Below, one piece after another: positions 49,143 through 61,369 of a stretch of 64,000 nucleotides of DNA. The stretch spans positions 2,294,001-2,358,000 of the forward strand of contig ML978124.1 of NCBI GenBank assembly GCA_010015805.1, written 5' to 3'. The position numbers were made by a program, and so were the translations under genes. This DNA is from Rhizodiscina lignyota (lineage: Eukaryota). The notes below the pieces were generated by a model. That model did no database searches. It was not told the DNA's origin and worked only from the letters and a program-made list of their open reading frames with translations. Numbering within the stretch: the first letter of the stretch is position 1; every line of letters begins with the position of its first letter.

Positions 49143-49973
49143 GATGAGCGGTCAGTGAGTATCAGTTCGACCGCACGCATTCTGAAGGTCGAGTAGAAGC
49201 AATATGTAGGTATACAGCGACCTCGGTGACGCAGAAGATCGCGTATATCGTACGACTCAGCACTTACCATGCGGCCTGGTGGCAGGCTCGGCAGTGGCCA
49301 TCATTTGATCGTAATGTGGGCGCCCAACAGCCCTGTGGAATAGAGCTAGCCTTGTTGTTGGGTGGAGGAGAGTGCTGCGTCACGCAAACGAACCGATTGG
49401 GCTCTGTCAGAAGCACACGTGTTGACGAGCTCCTCTAGGGGTGACGTCGCGGCCAATTGCGGATCGGAAGGTCAGTCTGCACTCAGTCGCCTGGCGCTTG
49501 GTGCCTTCAGAAGAAGCAGGTCGGGCTGGAAGAGCGGAAAGTTGGTAGAAATGCAGTCGGAGTGTATCGTGAGGCGAGAGGAGAGGGAATGTTGCGGTTG
49601 AAGTGATGAGTGGGCGGGTCTTCCTGTTGTGGACGGATGCGGTTCACGGTTTGGGTTGCGGCCGCGCCTTCAGCCAGCCAAGCTCGAGTTCGTGGGCCAG
49701 CCTTGGCGCTTGCCCGCCGAACAAGTCTGGGGAAGCACTGAACTCATCAAACTTGTCTCAACGTCATCTGTTACGCTACACGAGCAAGATTTGGCGGAAA
49801 CAACTACGTCCGTGGCTATGATTTGCTACGCTGATGTCTAAGCTGATTTGCTGTCCTCATTTTGCCTAAGTCGTCCAAGCCAATCACAAATGCAGACGCC
49901 ACCTGCAAAGTTAGCGAGAGCAGATGAGGATCCCCCGTGAACGGTGAAGGCACCTAAGTTTTCAGATTGTATA

Positions 49974-52900
49974 ATGATACCGGCTTCAACGGCATCTCGG
50001 GACGACGAGCAGCTCAAGAGGATTCAGCGGCTCCCAGACGAAGTCATCGCTCAGATCAAATCATCCACAGCAATCACCAGCCTCACTGATGTCATTCTGC
50101 AGTTGATCAGGAATTCTCTCGATGCAGGAGCTAGGAAGATAGAAGTCGGTATCGATTTCCTGCGTGGCAGTTGTGTTGTAGAAGATGATGGCACCGGTAT
50201 TCCTCCTTCTGAATTCACCGGGAGTGGTGGTCTTGGGAGGTTGTACCGTATGTCCACTGGATAGCTTCCCACAACTGTAATGCTCTAACATATCTCTAGA
50301 CACATCAAAGTACCGTATCGGTGCAGAGCACTATGGCCGCAATGGCACATTTCTCGCGTCTCTGGCAGCACTGGCTCTTGTGACGGTATCTTCTCAACAT
50401 CGTGAATATCGCTCGACGAACAGCCTTGTACTCCATAGGTCAAACCCAATCTCGCGCTTCATCCCTGCGCCTCCAAGCCATGAACTTCATTTCAGAGACC
50501 ATGGAACTAGCGTCACCGTCAGGGATCTATTTGGGAATATGCCAGTTCGAGTAAAGCAGCGAGCCACTTTCGAAGAGCGTCTAGAAGGCGACAGGCTGTG
50601 GGAAGAATTGAAGAAATCAATCATTGCCCTTCTCATAGCTTTCAAGAGTCCTGTGAATCTCAAACTCAGGGATTTGCAAGGCGACAGAACGTTCAATATC
50701 AAAGACCGTCGTCTGGACCCGAAAGCACCATCTACCGGTCAAAATTCCCTTAAGTCCGGTGACGGTGCATCGTCTGACATGGAAAATGCACTTTTCATTC
50801 TCACTCAAGGCGGCATGGTATCACAGGCCGAACGGACGTCATGGGTCCCAGTATCTGCATCCTCAGGTTCCATTTCGATCAAAGGCATCATTTCGGTTGA
50901 CCCTGTTCCAAGCAAGCTCGTTCAGTTCATCTCTCTCGATATACATCCGCTTTCGGCTAACTCTGGTCATAATGAGCTCTTTGATGAAATTAGTCGCATC
51001 TTCAGCCGTTCGAGTTTTGGCGTCATTGAGGAAGATCCAGACGTTGATGACCTCAAGAAAGAACGCCGCAAGCAGGACAACCGGATTATTTCCGATGACC
51101 CGACGAATAAGCGCTTCAAACGTGGCCGAAAAGGCATCGACAAATGGCCGATGTTTGTGTTCAGAATAGTCTTGCGCGACGGCAAGAGAAAAGGCATGGA
51201 CGAAGGAGTCGCAGCTAATTCGTTGGAGAACCAATCCCATATGCAGGCAGTCCTCGAGGTGTTGTCTGCAATGGTAACACAATGGCTCTCGTCACAGAAC
51301 TTCCGTCCACGTAAGCGGCAACGAAAGTTGAATTCGAATTCATCTTCCACCCCGTCTTCAGACTTAGACGTGCCCGGGACTCCCATCCAAAAGACCAAGG
51401 GATCGACAGCTGCTAACTCCTTGGGGACTGGAGGTTCAGAGACTCGTTTAGACAGTCGAGGGAAACCGTACATGGGCATACGATCTTTCAATGAATTGAG
51501 CAGAATCAAAAGCGGCAATTCCGCATTCTATGACACAATTTGGCCGACCAAGGCAACGACTTCCCGGCCATCACCCTCCCACGAAAGAGCAGGCGTAATA
51601 TACGATGCCGATAGGAGTAGAGAGACGATCATAATGAAGTGTAATGCTCTCTCCAGCAATGAGCAGCACAACGCGCCATCACTGAGTGATCAAGCTCTAG
51701 AGATCGCTGAGCAGCAGAGTTCGGAGTTGGAAGACGGCACCGTTACATGGCAAGACCCTATCACTAAAGAAAGACATCGAGTGAATGCAAGGACCGGTGC
51801 CATCATTTTACCGCAGCAGCAAAAGCTCGTCGAAACGCCTAGGCCTTATTCAGCATTATCAAATCAGAGAAAGATTGGCGGAAGCTTGCCACGATCGAAG
51901 TCTGTAGGCAATGTAACGGAATCGTCGAACTTCTTACCCGACTTCCTGCAACAGTGGAAGAACCCAGTATTTCTCGATTCACAGCAGCCAATTCCGCAGG
52001 TCGCGTTCGATATACCTGGGAACAATGATCGCGGTGCTGCGTCCCATAGGCGCTCGCTGTCACACCATGCCAAGTATTTCGAGAGTATTCGAGACTTTGG
52101 TATCGACAAGCTCTCTAAAGCCGGACTTGTGGAGTCTCAAGTAATCGCTCAAGTCGACCGAAAATTCATCCTTATCAAGATGCCCATGACCAAAGTTGGG
52201 ACGCCGTCCAGATCGACAACCATTCCAGATGATGAAAACGGCACCAATGATGCTCTCATACTCGTTGATCAACATGCCGCGGACGAACGCATTAGAGTTG
52301 AAGCTCTTCTTTCGGGACTCATTCAACCGCCATCTCCCCAAGAGGCTTCATATCGATCATCTCTGAGTCACAGCTGCCGGTTCAAATACGTGCTCTTGCA
52401 AGAGCCCCTCCAATTCCAGGTCTCTGACCAAGAACGAAGACTGGTAGAACTCCATGCGCGCCACTTTGCGAACTGGAGTATCCTTTTCGATCTGTCATCA
52501 GTACTGAGGGATACCAGTAAAAGCACACCTGCCACCAGCTCACGGACCACAAATGCAACATCAAACACCGTCACCGTACGAACTCTGCCAGCAGTCATCG
52601 CCGAGCGCGTGAAATCGGACCCTAAGCTTCTAATCACACTCATTCGTGATGAAATATGGCGTCTCAACGATCCTCACAATCGCAGAGCAGGCGTAAACGA
52701 CACTCACCTTGAGGCAAGCGACCTGACTGATCGAACTGCAACCTGGCTCGCCCATCTTGGATCCATCCCGCCTGGACTGCTCGACATGATCAACTCGCGC
52801 GCCTGCCGTAGCGCATGCATGTTTAACGACGTCCTGAGAATGGATGAGTGTGAGGAGCTTGTGAGGAAGCTTGAGCGGTGCGTGTTCCCGTTCATGTGTG

Positions 52901-53070
52901 CGCATGGGAGACCTAGTATGGTGCCTGTTGTGAACTTTAGGGGTGGGCTTGGGAGTGGCTTTGGGGGAAGAGAGCGTCTTGGGAATGGTGATGGGGACGA
53001 TGGAGACTTTGTTTCTGCCTTTAAGAAGTGGAGGGGAAGTGATAGGGATGTGGAAGAGACTGAAGGTTAA
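49974..53070 (+). CDS. MLH3: MutL-gamma subunit / mismatch repair endonuclease, ~1014 aa
   Basis: GHKL motifs NSLDAGA and VEDDGTGI; VTVRDLFGNMPVR, QVDRKFIL, DQHAADERIRVE, SRACRSA and FPFMCAHGRPS motifs. Intron 50248..50299. Confidence 0.96.
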
Positions 53071-54790
53071 CGAGCGTTACATATTTCGTTTGAGATACCC
53101 AAATGACATCATAAAAATACAGCACAATTTTCACCGGAATCCATATCATTGTGATATGTAGGATATAGAAATAAGGTTCCAAAGAGAACCACAGAGGCAT
53201 CCCTATATCTCCTGATACACGTTGAAGTTTGGTACTTGATCAGTAAGCCTTAGCAGCTCTGACCCGTGCCCAAACCCGAAATCTCAACCGATTTCAGAAA
53301 GGTGAAGATATTCGGCGCTTCGTCGGAATACTAAGTGGGCCCCGTCCAAGGTTGGCCTCCGCATCTCTCCGGATATCTCGGAGGGCTTGCCGCATGCCGC
53401 GCACGACGAGGGTCTGTCAATTCGGCAGCTGTTCGTCCTGAGTGTCGTACGATCTTGTGCTCTTCGACAGGCTGATGTCTACCCCCGGCAGTTCGCAGAG
53501 CTGGAACCGGTCGAACCGCAGACGAATTATTGGACCTCGTGTTACTGTGTCGTGCACCTATACCTGTATATCGCTCGAGAGGTCAAGCCCACCGCCTGTT
53601 TCCTTGCTTACAGCACCTCAGCACGAGCACGCGGCGCACCTCGGACCCGGAATCCAGGCCTCGCTGCCTTTCTGGGCCAGCAGAAGCACACATTCTTGTT
53701 GAGCGCGGTGCGATTTAAGGTTCCGAGACGGCGCTGTGATTGGCCGGCGTGGCGAAGCGGTAAGCGCAAGATGCGGACGATCCATCATCCCAGGGTCCAG
53801 CGCGCTGCAGGGTGCGAGCGCCTCAGGGTCCAGCGCGAACGAAGCGCCGCAAGATCCGGCGCAGAGGGTAGGGGTCTCAAGCTCGAGCTCGAGCGCAGAT
53901 GGGATGGGAATTAGAGAACGGACGACTGAAGAAATGATGCTTTTCGCGCCGGGGAATGGGATTGCTCTGTCTCGGGCGCAGCTCCACGGACTGCCACGTC
54001 CACAGCGCCCGAAAATAAATACGGAAAGGCCGCCGAGTGCACGCACGAACAGCGTGCTCTGCTTATCGCAGCTCTGGCTGCAGATATGCAGGGCGCAAAC
54101 ATCGCGTGAGCTTCACGTTGCAGCTCGCGCGGCTCTCCGTCTCCCTTCGCTCCGGCATCGCTGAAAGAAAGGGTCACCCCAGGCACAATTTTGCATCAGC
54201 AAGGCCCTTTGACCGTTCAAGGCCCACGGGTCTAGTTCTAGCCTGCCCGTGCGCGCCTCGTTGTTCGCGAAAAGGGACGAGTCACAAAGCAGTGCGCACG
54301 CGCCTTTCTTCAAGTGGGGATTGTGGGATGATTGCCCTGATGGTCGCCCCCCAGCTTTGATTTCCGATATCTCGTCCGAGGTGTGCGTGAGTGAGCTTGA
54401 TAAATGCCGTCTAGTCGCCGCGTTCTGCGGTGAGCTTTTCGTAGGTTCTGCTTTCCCATCGTCTGATTTCTCACATCCTTCATTCTCTGCGTTGAGCGCC
54501 TAGCTTTCGCTGTGCGAATACATACTCCGTAGAGAGCGCAGATTATACAGCTCTGCTCGGACAGCCACTACTATAGCATTGTGAGTCACTATTGCTCAAT
54601 TACCTCCTCTGCAGAATCGCAATGTCTCTAACTTCTACGTTATAGCTTTCAGTCTCGAGAAGTCCAGTTGCCCTCGTCCAGCCTCGCCTGATCCTCCAAT
54701 TGACGAAGAGCACGTTACACCATACAATTGTCGAATATTGCCCAATCGGAAATCCCGACCTCCACCTGAATCAACTCTAATACCTTCAAA

Positions 54791-55093
54791 ATGTGCGGGT
54801 ACACGTATAGCTGGTACTACTGCAATCATGTAAGTTCGAACGAACGTGGAGCTCCTTGCAGCGACGCCGCGCCTTGAATCCCAGCTAATTGGTATGTGAC
54901 ACTCCAGGATTACTACATCTGGGCGAATTCAATCGAAGTCTGCCAGGCGCGCCTGCTCTCTGGCTATTCCTACGACGCCTGGAGCATCGACATGTGCAAG
55001 AACATGAAGGTCACGTGCGGTGGCTTCAGCACGTACTACTGCTCGGACTGCAGCGAGGACGTTACATTGGAGTTCGAATTAGACGACTTGTAA
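54791..55093 (+). CDS. 74-aa Cys/Tyr-rich microprotein, two coding exons
   Basis: CAAAATG start context; intron 54830..54907 (GTAAGT...GCTAAT...CAG, phase 0). Protein MCGYTYSWYYCNHDYYIWANSIEVCQARLLSGYSYDAWSIDMCKNMKVTCGGFSTYYCSDCSEDVTLEFELDDL, with strong C-ending codon bias. Confidence 0.8.
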
Positions 55094-55691
55094 ATGAGAC
55101 CGTCGAATGAGAACACGAATTTTGGGACTGGATATAGGGAATCCACGTACAACGAGAATGCCAGGATCTCTTGGGTTGGACATAACGGGTGGTTGGTTAG
55201 ACGGCGTTGACCAGTGGTATGAACAAATTGGCCTAGGCGTTTTCGTGGATCGGCATCTCAGTGGAAGAGAGGCGTTTCTGGTTTGGATTGAGCATTTTTC
55301 GCAACTTGCATATTCTTGATACCTCGAAAGCGTTGACAGTATTCCAGCGTTTTAAGCGTATCCTTATTTCTGCGAGCTAGTTATTCGTTCTAGACTGCAT
55401 GCAGTAGACCGCTATAGATACTTGTCGCCTATGAAGCTTCATTCCCGAATGTTCCGAACCACATTGCACGCGATATTAGCCGTTACCCGTGAGATTCGAG
55501 CGTCGACTAGTATGCACCTCTCCGCGCACATTATCGGACTGTTTCCTTCGTGGAATATGATGGTGAGCCTCGTAGGAAGACCGCCGCTAGTTACTGTACT
55601 CTGACAGAAACGTCCTGTTAGCGAGCTTCTCTCGCACGAGGCAGAGGTCGATGGCTAGATAAATTCATATACTGTTGGCCGTCGTCATATC

Positions 55692-56606
55692 TCACCCAGC
55701 GACGCTTCCACTCTCGAAGCTGTCTGCGCTCGCACTCGTAGCCTCTCCCCAAATCTCCCTGCTCTCAATCTCTACGCCTTTCATCGCCTTAGCCACCTCT
55801 TCTAGCTTCGCAACCACGTCCAAGACGCCAGTATTGACCCTCTGAAAGTATCGATCATTCGCTTCCCGCCTCCTTCTCGCCAATAAAATATCGTGCTCGG
55901 TATCTTCTTCCAGTTGATTCTTGCCCATACTCGTCACGCTCGTCACGCTCTTTACACTACCCCCAGTATCACTCCTGGGTCTCCCCACCGGCGCCAGCCC
56001 ATCCTTCCCGAGCCCAAACTTCTCAATCCTCTCCTTCACTAATCGTGCACCAGCATCATCCCCACCCTTTCCCTCCGCACTCGAAGTTGCCTTCAGCGTC
56101 TCAACCTCCTCCGTCCTCGTAGCATTCTCATCCGCCTCGCTCCTCGCCCACGCCTGCGCTAGAGCGATCTGCGACCCCCGCAACTCGTCCAGCGCTTTCG
56201 CGTGCCGCGGGCTGAAGACGTGACTACCACTCACGGCATTCAGCTCCACCTCCTTCAGCGTGTTCTGCATCTCCGTCCATATCGCCTCCGTGCGCGCGGC
56301 GCTCTTCTGGTCTGCGCCGGAGCCCGCTGGCGTTGATTGCGGCTGGCGGCGGCCGAATGGAGGGCTTTTCAGATCTGGCGCTGCGGGAGAGCCAATTGAT
56401 TCTGGCGCTGTGGTGTTCGTATCGTTGCGAAGACGTGAGGACTGGCGAGTGAGGGCTGGGCGGCCGGAGGGTGGCGCGTTGGAGGGTGCTGGCATGAGAG
56501 ATGTGCTGGAGGCATTGCGGGAGGGAGGGCCCACAAAGAGGGACGGCGCGGGGAGACGCGATGCCGGAGTCTTGGATGTTGGAGATTTAAGGTTGGTAGA
56601 TGCCAT
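55692..56606 (-). CDS. Hypothetical protein with helical/coiled-coil C-terminus, divergent from RPS23
   Basis: ORF 55692..56690; the best-context ATG (ACCATGG) is at 56606. Helical blocks HVFSPRHAKALDELRGSQIALAQAW and ANDRYFQRVNTGVLDVVAKLEEVA. Confidence 0.8.
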   Translation of the reverse strand: MASTNLKSPTSKTPASRLPAPSLFVGPPSRNASSTSLMPAPSNAPPSGRPALTRQSSRLRNDTNTTAPESIGSPAAPDLKSPPFGRRQPQSTPAGSGADQKSAARTEAIWTEMQNTLKEVELNAVSGSHVFSPRHAKALDELRGSQIALAQAWARSEADENATRTEEVETLKATSSAEGKGGDDAGARLVKERIEKFGLGKDGLAPVGRPRSDTGGSVKSVTSVTSMGKNQLEEDTEHDILLARRRREANDRYFQRVNTGVLDVVAKLEEVAKAMKGVEIESREIWGEATSASADSFESGSVAG

Positions 56607-56980
56607 GGTTGGAATGTTCACATTACCCAGGAGGGTAGATGTGGAATGCTGAATTGAAGCTCTTGGCCACATGCAAGCTGCGGCATTCACGAATCGTCGT
56701 CACCAGAAGAAGAGCCGGAGATCATCCGAGCGCCGAACGCCAAGGCCGCACACAACCTTGATTTTGGCGAGTCTTCATGGACGACGGCAACATCACGACC
56801 TCTACCATCCACAAAACCCATATTGCGATCATCAAATAAATCGGTGCGCCACTCCCACTTCCTCTACCTATCCCAGATACAGCATCAACGATCAGCAAAA
56901 CCCCCCAATCTGAGAACCCATTCCACCTAAAATAACGCTCACCTTAAAATCTCAAACTAACATCTCTCCCAACAGCAACC

Positions 56981-57524
56981 ATGGGTAAAGGAAAGCCAAG
57001 AGGCCTCAACGCCGCGCGCAAACTGCGCAACCATCGCCGCGACGGTCGTTGGGCCGATCTACACTACAAGAAGCGTCTCCTCGGTACCGCGTACAAGTCG
57101 TCTCCCTTCGGTGGTTCCTCCCACGCAAAGGGCATCGTGCTCGAGAAGGTCGGCGTCGAGGCGAAGCAGCCCAACTCTGCCATCCGCAAGTGCGTGCGTG
57201 TGCAGCTGATTAAGAACGGAAAGAAGGTCACTGCTTTCGGTGCGTATTTTTATATCATATGCTTAGAGAGTGGCGTGAGGGTAGTGTGGGACGGATGAAG
57301 GGTTGTGATATGGATAGAGCAGTGGCTGACGATGATACTTTGCAGTTCCCAATGACGGTTGCTTGAACTTTGTGGACGAGAACGACGAGGTGCTCCTGGC
57401 TGGTTTCGGTCGTAAGGGCAAGGCGAAGGGTGATATTCCCGGTGTGCGATTCAAGGTCGTCAAGGTCTCTGGCGTCGGTCTGTCCGCATTGTGGAAGGAG
57501 AAGAAGGAGAAGCCCAGATCATAG
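56981..57524 (+). CDS. RPS23: 40S ribosomal protein S23 (uS12), 145 aa
   Basis: [15 protein letters not shown]...[30 protein letters not shown]...[16 protein letters not shown] intron 57240..57345; 5'-UTR intron 56844..56975. Confidence 0.99.
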
Positions 57525-58953
57525 GCGGCTGGTGAAAATGGGCGCTGGAGTGGTCTGAACAATTTTCAATTCCGGGCATCATGTCTTTTACAGGCTTACG
57601 ATAGAAAGCCGTGCTCTGAAAGCTATGAAATGCATTGCAATGGGTTTCAAATCTGATAAGAATGAAAAGCATCAATCTGCATGCAAGCGCTGAAATCACT
57701 AACGCAAAACGCTGCTCAACACTACCCTTCTCACCGCATCCACCGAACTTCCAGTCGACTGCCATTGAACCAATACAACCCCACTCCCACAACAGTCAAT
57801 GCATGAGCCATATCATACTCAGACTCTTCAATGGCCTCTTCCGGAGATCGATCCTGCTTCTTATTTCGTTCCTGCACCGCTTTCGCCTCGTCCTTTCGTT
57901 CCTCCAGATACTTAGAGTATCCGAAAGAGTTAGGGGGGCCTGGTCGAAGAAAACGGATACAGGAACACTACCAGGCATTTGTGAAATCAGGTAATCCGGA
58001 AGGGTGCAAAGCTTCTCCTAAAAAATAAAATAATATGTAGAAGCGCAAGCAGAGTAAAGCACAAAGGGGGATAGTGCAATGCGAATACTAGCAGCTCTGG
58101 CGCTTGACCTGCGGCTCGTTGGTTGGACAGCAGGTATCGGCATACTTCCAACAGCATGGCTGCTCCAAACGACGGACTGTAAGACGAATGTAATCGTTCT
58201 TCTATGGCTTGTCTGCGGAAAGACAGGGAGATTGGAATTCTTTTTATCTACCAAACGGAGCTAGGCATCATATGCGAAATAGTCGTACTACAATGACGGA
58301 GACTCAACAGCGGTGAATAGCGCAACGAAATGCACCATATTTGATGTTGAAGGAGGTATGCGAAAATCTGCGCAAGTCGAAGAGAAATGCTAATTTGAAA
58401 GCAACGCCCACCTTTCGTTACACAAATGTTCGCGCATAAGTAGGCTCCGGTAGTTCGTAGCACATCGATTTGCACAGCGAACTTCAAGACTGCCGCTGCC
58501 ACTCGTCTGACGCTCTGGTACTCTTTTATGACCTTCACCAGATCTCTATAGAGCCTTGTTTCGTGGTCTTCGCCCATTATGGAGACATAATGGCAATTCC
58601 GCTGATTGAAGTTACAATAGCACCGTTGTTCTGAGGCGTGACCCTGCGTCCTGAGCTTCTACGAGAACGTTCAAGGGCACACTATCGCCACTGTCGCCTA
58701 GTGTGCCAAGGCATTATGGCAATATAGCCATAGTCTACTTGATCAAGGCTAGAATGGCGTTGATGGCAGCCCACAGGCTTACGGCCGCCGTCCTTCTCCT
58801 ACTCCCTCACTGTGACTGAGCCCTTGCCGGGCCATAAAGGACCTCTCTTTTATCATTTCCGCTCGGCTCGTGAAAATTCGTCCCCTCTTTAGCCTCTATG
58901 ATCTCAAGATCGGTCTCGAATTCTGTTTCTATCTTGATGATAACTAGTGGTAT

Positions 58954-60607
58954 TTAAGCCTCTTCTAGCATCTGCTCATGTTCCTCTCCGCGATCGGATC
59001 TCTTCCGCCTTTTTGATTCGACACAGTCAGACAAGTGCACCAGATGGCCTCTTCGAGCTCTAACAAAGCCAGCATACATAATAGAAGCAGAGCACGTCGC
59101 GATCAGACTCATGATCACTGGCCAGTGGAACTGAGAGGGTTTCGAGAATATAATTGTCGAGGCGAATGCGCAAAGTTCGAAAAGGTTCTGCCATGACGCT
59201 TCGACGGCGGAGAAGGAGCCGCGCTCATCGGACGCTACCTCCTGTGGGTGCGGTTAGTCGTTGAATGACGAATCTCGGATGTTCTTCAAGCATACCTCCT
59301 GCACAACAATTTGAACCGCCAACTCGAATCCTCTCAGCCCGACCCGGCTTAAGATTGTTCCAACCACGAGCCCAGAAGCTGAAAGGACAGACGATGGTGC
59401 TTGCCAGAAAATGGCTGTTCCAATGGCCAAGCAGACAGTTTGCCAGGTTGAAAACCAGGCTCCAGCTCTGATGGGACCTATTCTAGTCATTACCAGCGGT
59501 GCGGCCCAGGTCGCGGCGATCTCGAGGATTACAGACGCGGTTCTGGCGATGCCCACATATGTGGAGCTGTAGCCCGCGGAAATTAGGTATGTCACCATCT
59601 GACCAGCAAAGCTGAGCACCGTAAAGTACAGTGTTGCTCCAGCAAAAGATGGGAGGAAGGCCAGATGTCTAGAATATGCTCTCAGTTGCTGCAACCACGC
59701 CAGGAAGCTGGAACGAAATCTCTCGAAGTACGTGTGTGGAATCTGATGCTCAGAAAAGTTTGCAAATGGAGCCGCTTTGGGTCGTCGAAGAGCTTGATCT
59801 CTATTGTAGACCTAACAGGAGTCAGAGGTTAGATTACCCTGGGTAAATGGTAACACTTACAAGTGCAATTGCAAAGTATTCCACTGGCACAGAGGCGACA
59901 TTCATCCCGAGATTTACAAGAATGGCCAGCTTTGTTGAGAAACCATCAATTAGAGCAATCATTAGTGGGCCGATCAACTTGCAGGCCAGGTCAATCCGGC
60001 GCATCTGGGCATTAAGGGCCCCAAGAGCATCCATGTTGTCACCTGCAACAACGACAACCCAGTCCTTCTCGACAGAGACAAGATTCATGATCGAGGAGAG
60101 CTTTTCAGCGCAGGCCAGAAGCGACAGAAGAGAAAGCGCAAGGTATTGCACATAATCTGGCAATTGTTTTGATACTTCAAGCAGCCAAAATAGTGCACAG
60201 GACGCCGCGACTACGGTACGCTGTATTACGATAGACAATCTCACAACGTGTAAGCGATCCTTGGTGTCGATATAGCGACCGACTGCAGGAGAAAATAGGA
60301 TTGCCGATGCAGCGCGAGCAACAGCGTAGACCGACATTGGCAGCAATGTGCTTGGAAAGATTGATGCCAGGTACAACACCGCTCCGAATTCAAAAACCCG
60401 AGAGTTCCATGTTGACAAGAAATGAGACAAGTACAAGCGGAGCTTGACCGAGCCACTCGGATTTCCAGTGCGGTCTTCAGAGTGGGATCCAGGGGTGCCA
60501 TCGTCGTGCTGTGAGCTTCCATCAGGAGACTCACGAGGTTCACTTTGAAGACCAATAACCTCCAAGAGCGGTATATTTTCCACAGCTGTCAATTCGGGAG
60601 TCTCCAT
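58954..60607 (-). CDS. Ferroportin (SLC40/FPN1) family transporter, ~516 aa
   Basis: LYLSHFLSTWNSRVFEFG, VSVEKDWVVVVA, NAQMRRIDLACKLIGP, LYFTVLSF and SRVGLRGFEL motifs. Introns 59860..59812 and 59295..59242. Confidence 0.93.
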
Positions 60608-61175
60608 TGCTTTTTGGGATTGCAATGTCGGTTGCTGTACGAACTTGCAAGTCAAACTTCTCCCTGAAGTGGATGAAAATGAAGCAGCAGCTGATGCAGT
60701 TGAATTATCATCTCGAGATTTGAAATGAATTAGAAGAATTTTTTCAATTGGACTGGGTTGAATTAAGTCGTAGAGAATTGAAAATGGTGTGTTTGTGTCG
60801 ACGTCGGAAGTTACGAAAGCCGAGAACCTGAAGGATACGCCCATTGTCTGTGTCACGTGAGCACCTCGGAGCCTTTGGCCGAAATGACCTCACGCAAAAA
60901 TAAAGACGTTTCAATATTTCTTCCTTAATCGTCCCAAATGAGGTCCATCTAGTGGGAACTCCCACATACATATCCCATTCTCCTGGTAGCACCTTCTAAT
61001 TCGCTTCTTATATTCTGGCAAACAGAAATCCCATGGAGACATTCCCCTCCGGCGTTGGCTGATATGTCTCCAGGCATCCCCCCTTTTCAAGACCGCGGTT
61101 AAGCCTTGACAAACAATATCCTTCGCAGCAACTCGCAGGTGAAGTAGCTCGGTACATGCCAATGACAGGCATATC

Positions 61176-61233
61176 CCCCGCATTGTGGAGTGCAGTGGTT
61201 CCATGTGGAGCCCCGCGTTGATCTCATCCCCGC
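61176..61233. promoter_or_regulatory. Cluster of five CreA/Cre1-type SYGGRG sites
   Basis: CCCCGC at 61176, 61211 and 61228; GTGGAG at 61185 and 61205; 140-195 bp upstream of ATG 61370. Confidence 0.5.
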
Positions 61234-61369
61234 GGCATGCAACGGGTCAAGCAGCTCACCAACACGTAAGATGAATCAATTTCTCACGCCTCAGCTTCAT
61301 GACACAGTAAGTATATATTCTCCAATTGAGTTATACCGTTGTCGTTCTTCTTTCCTTTGCAAATTCGGA

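Noticed and set aside
49885..49891. Ndt80 MSE core (CACAAAT) upstream of MLH3
   Set aside because: A single short match, readily expected by chance.
60608..60860. Iron-responsive element upstream of the ferroportin gene, or an N-terminal extension to 60856
   Set aside because: No CAGUG-loop hairpin. The extension looks non-coding and begins at GTG.
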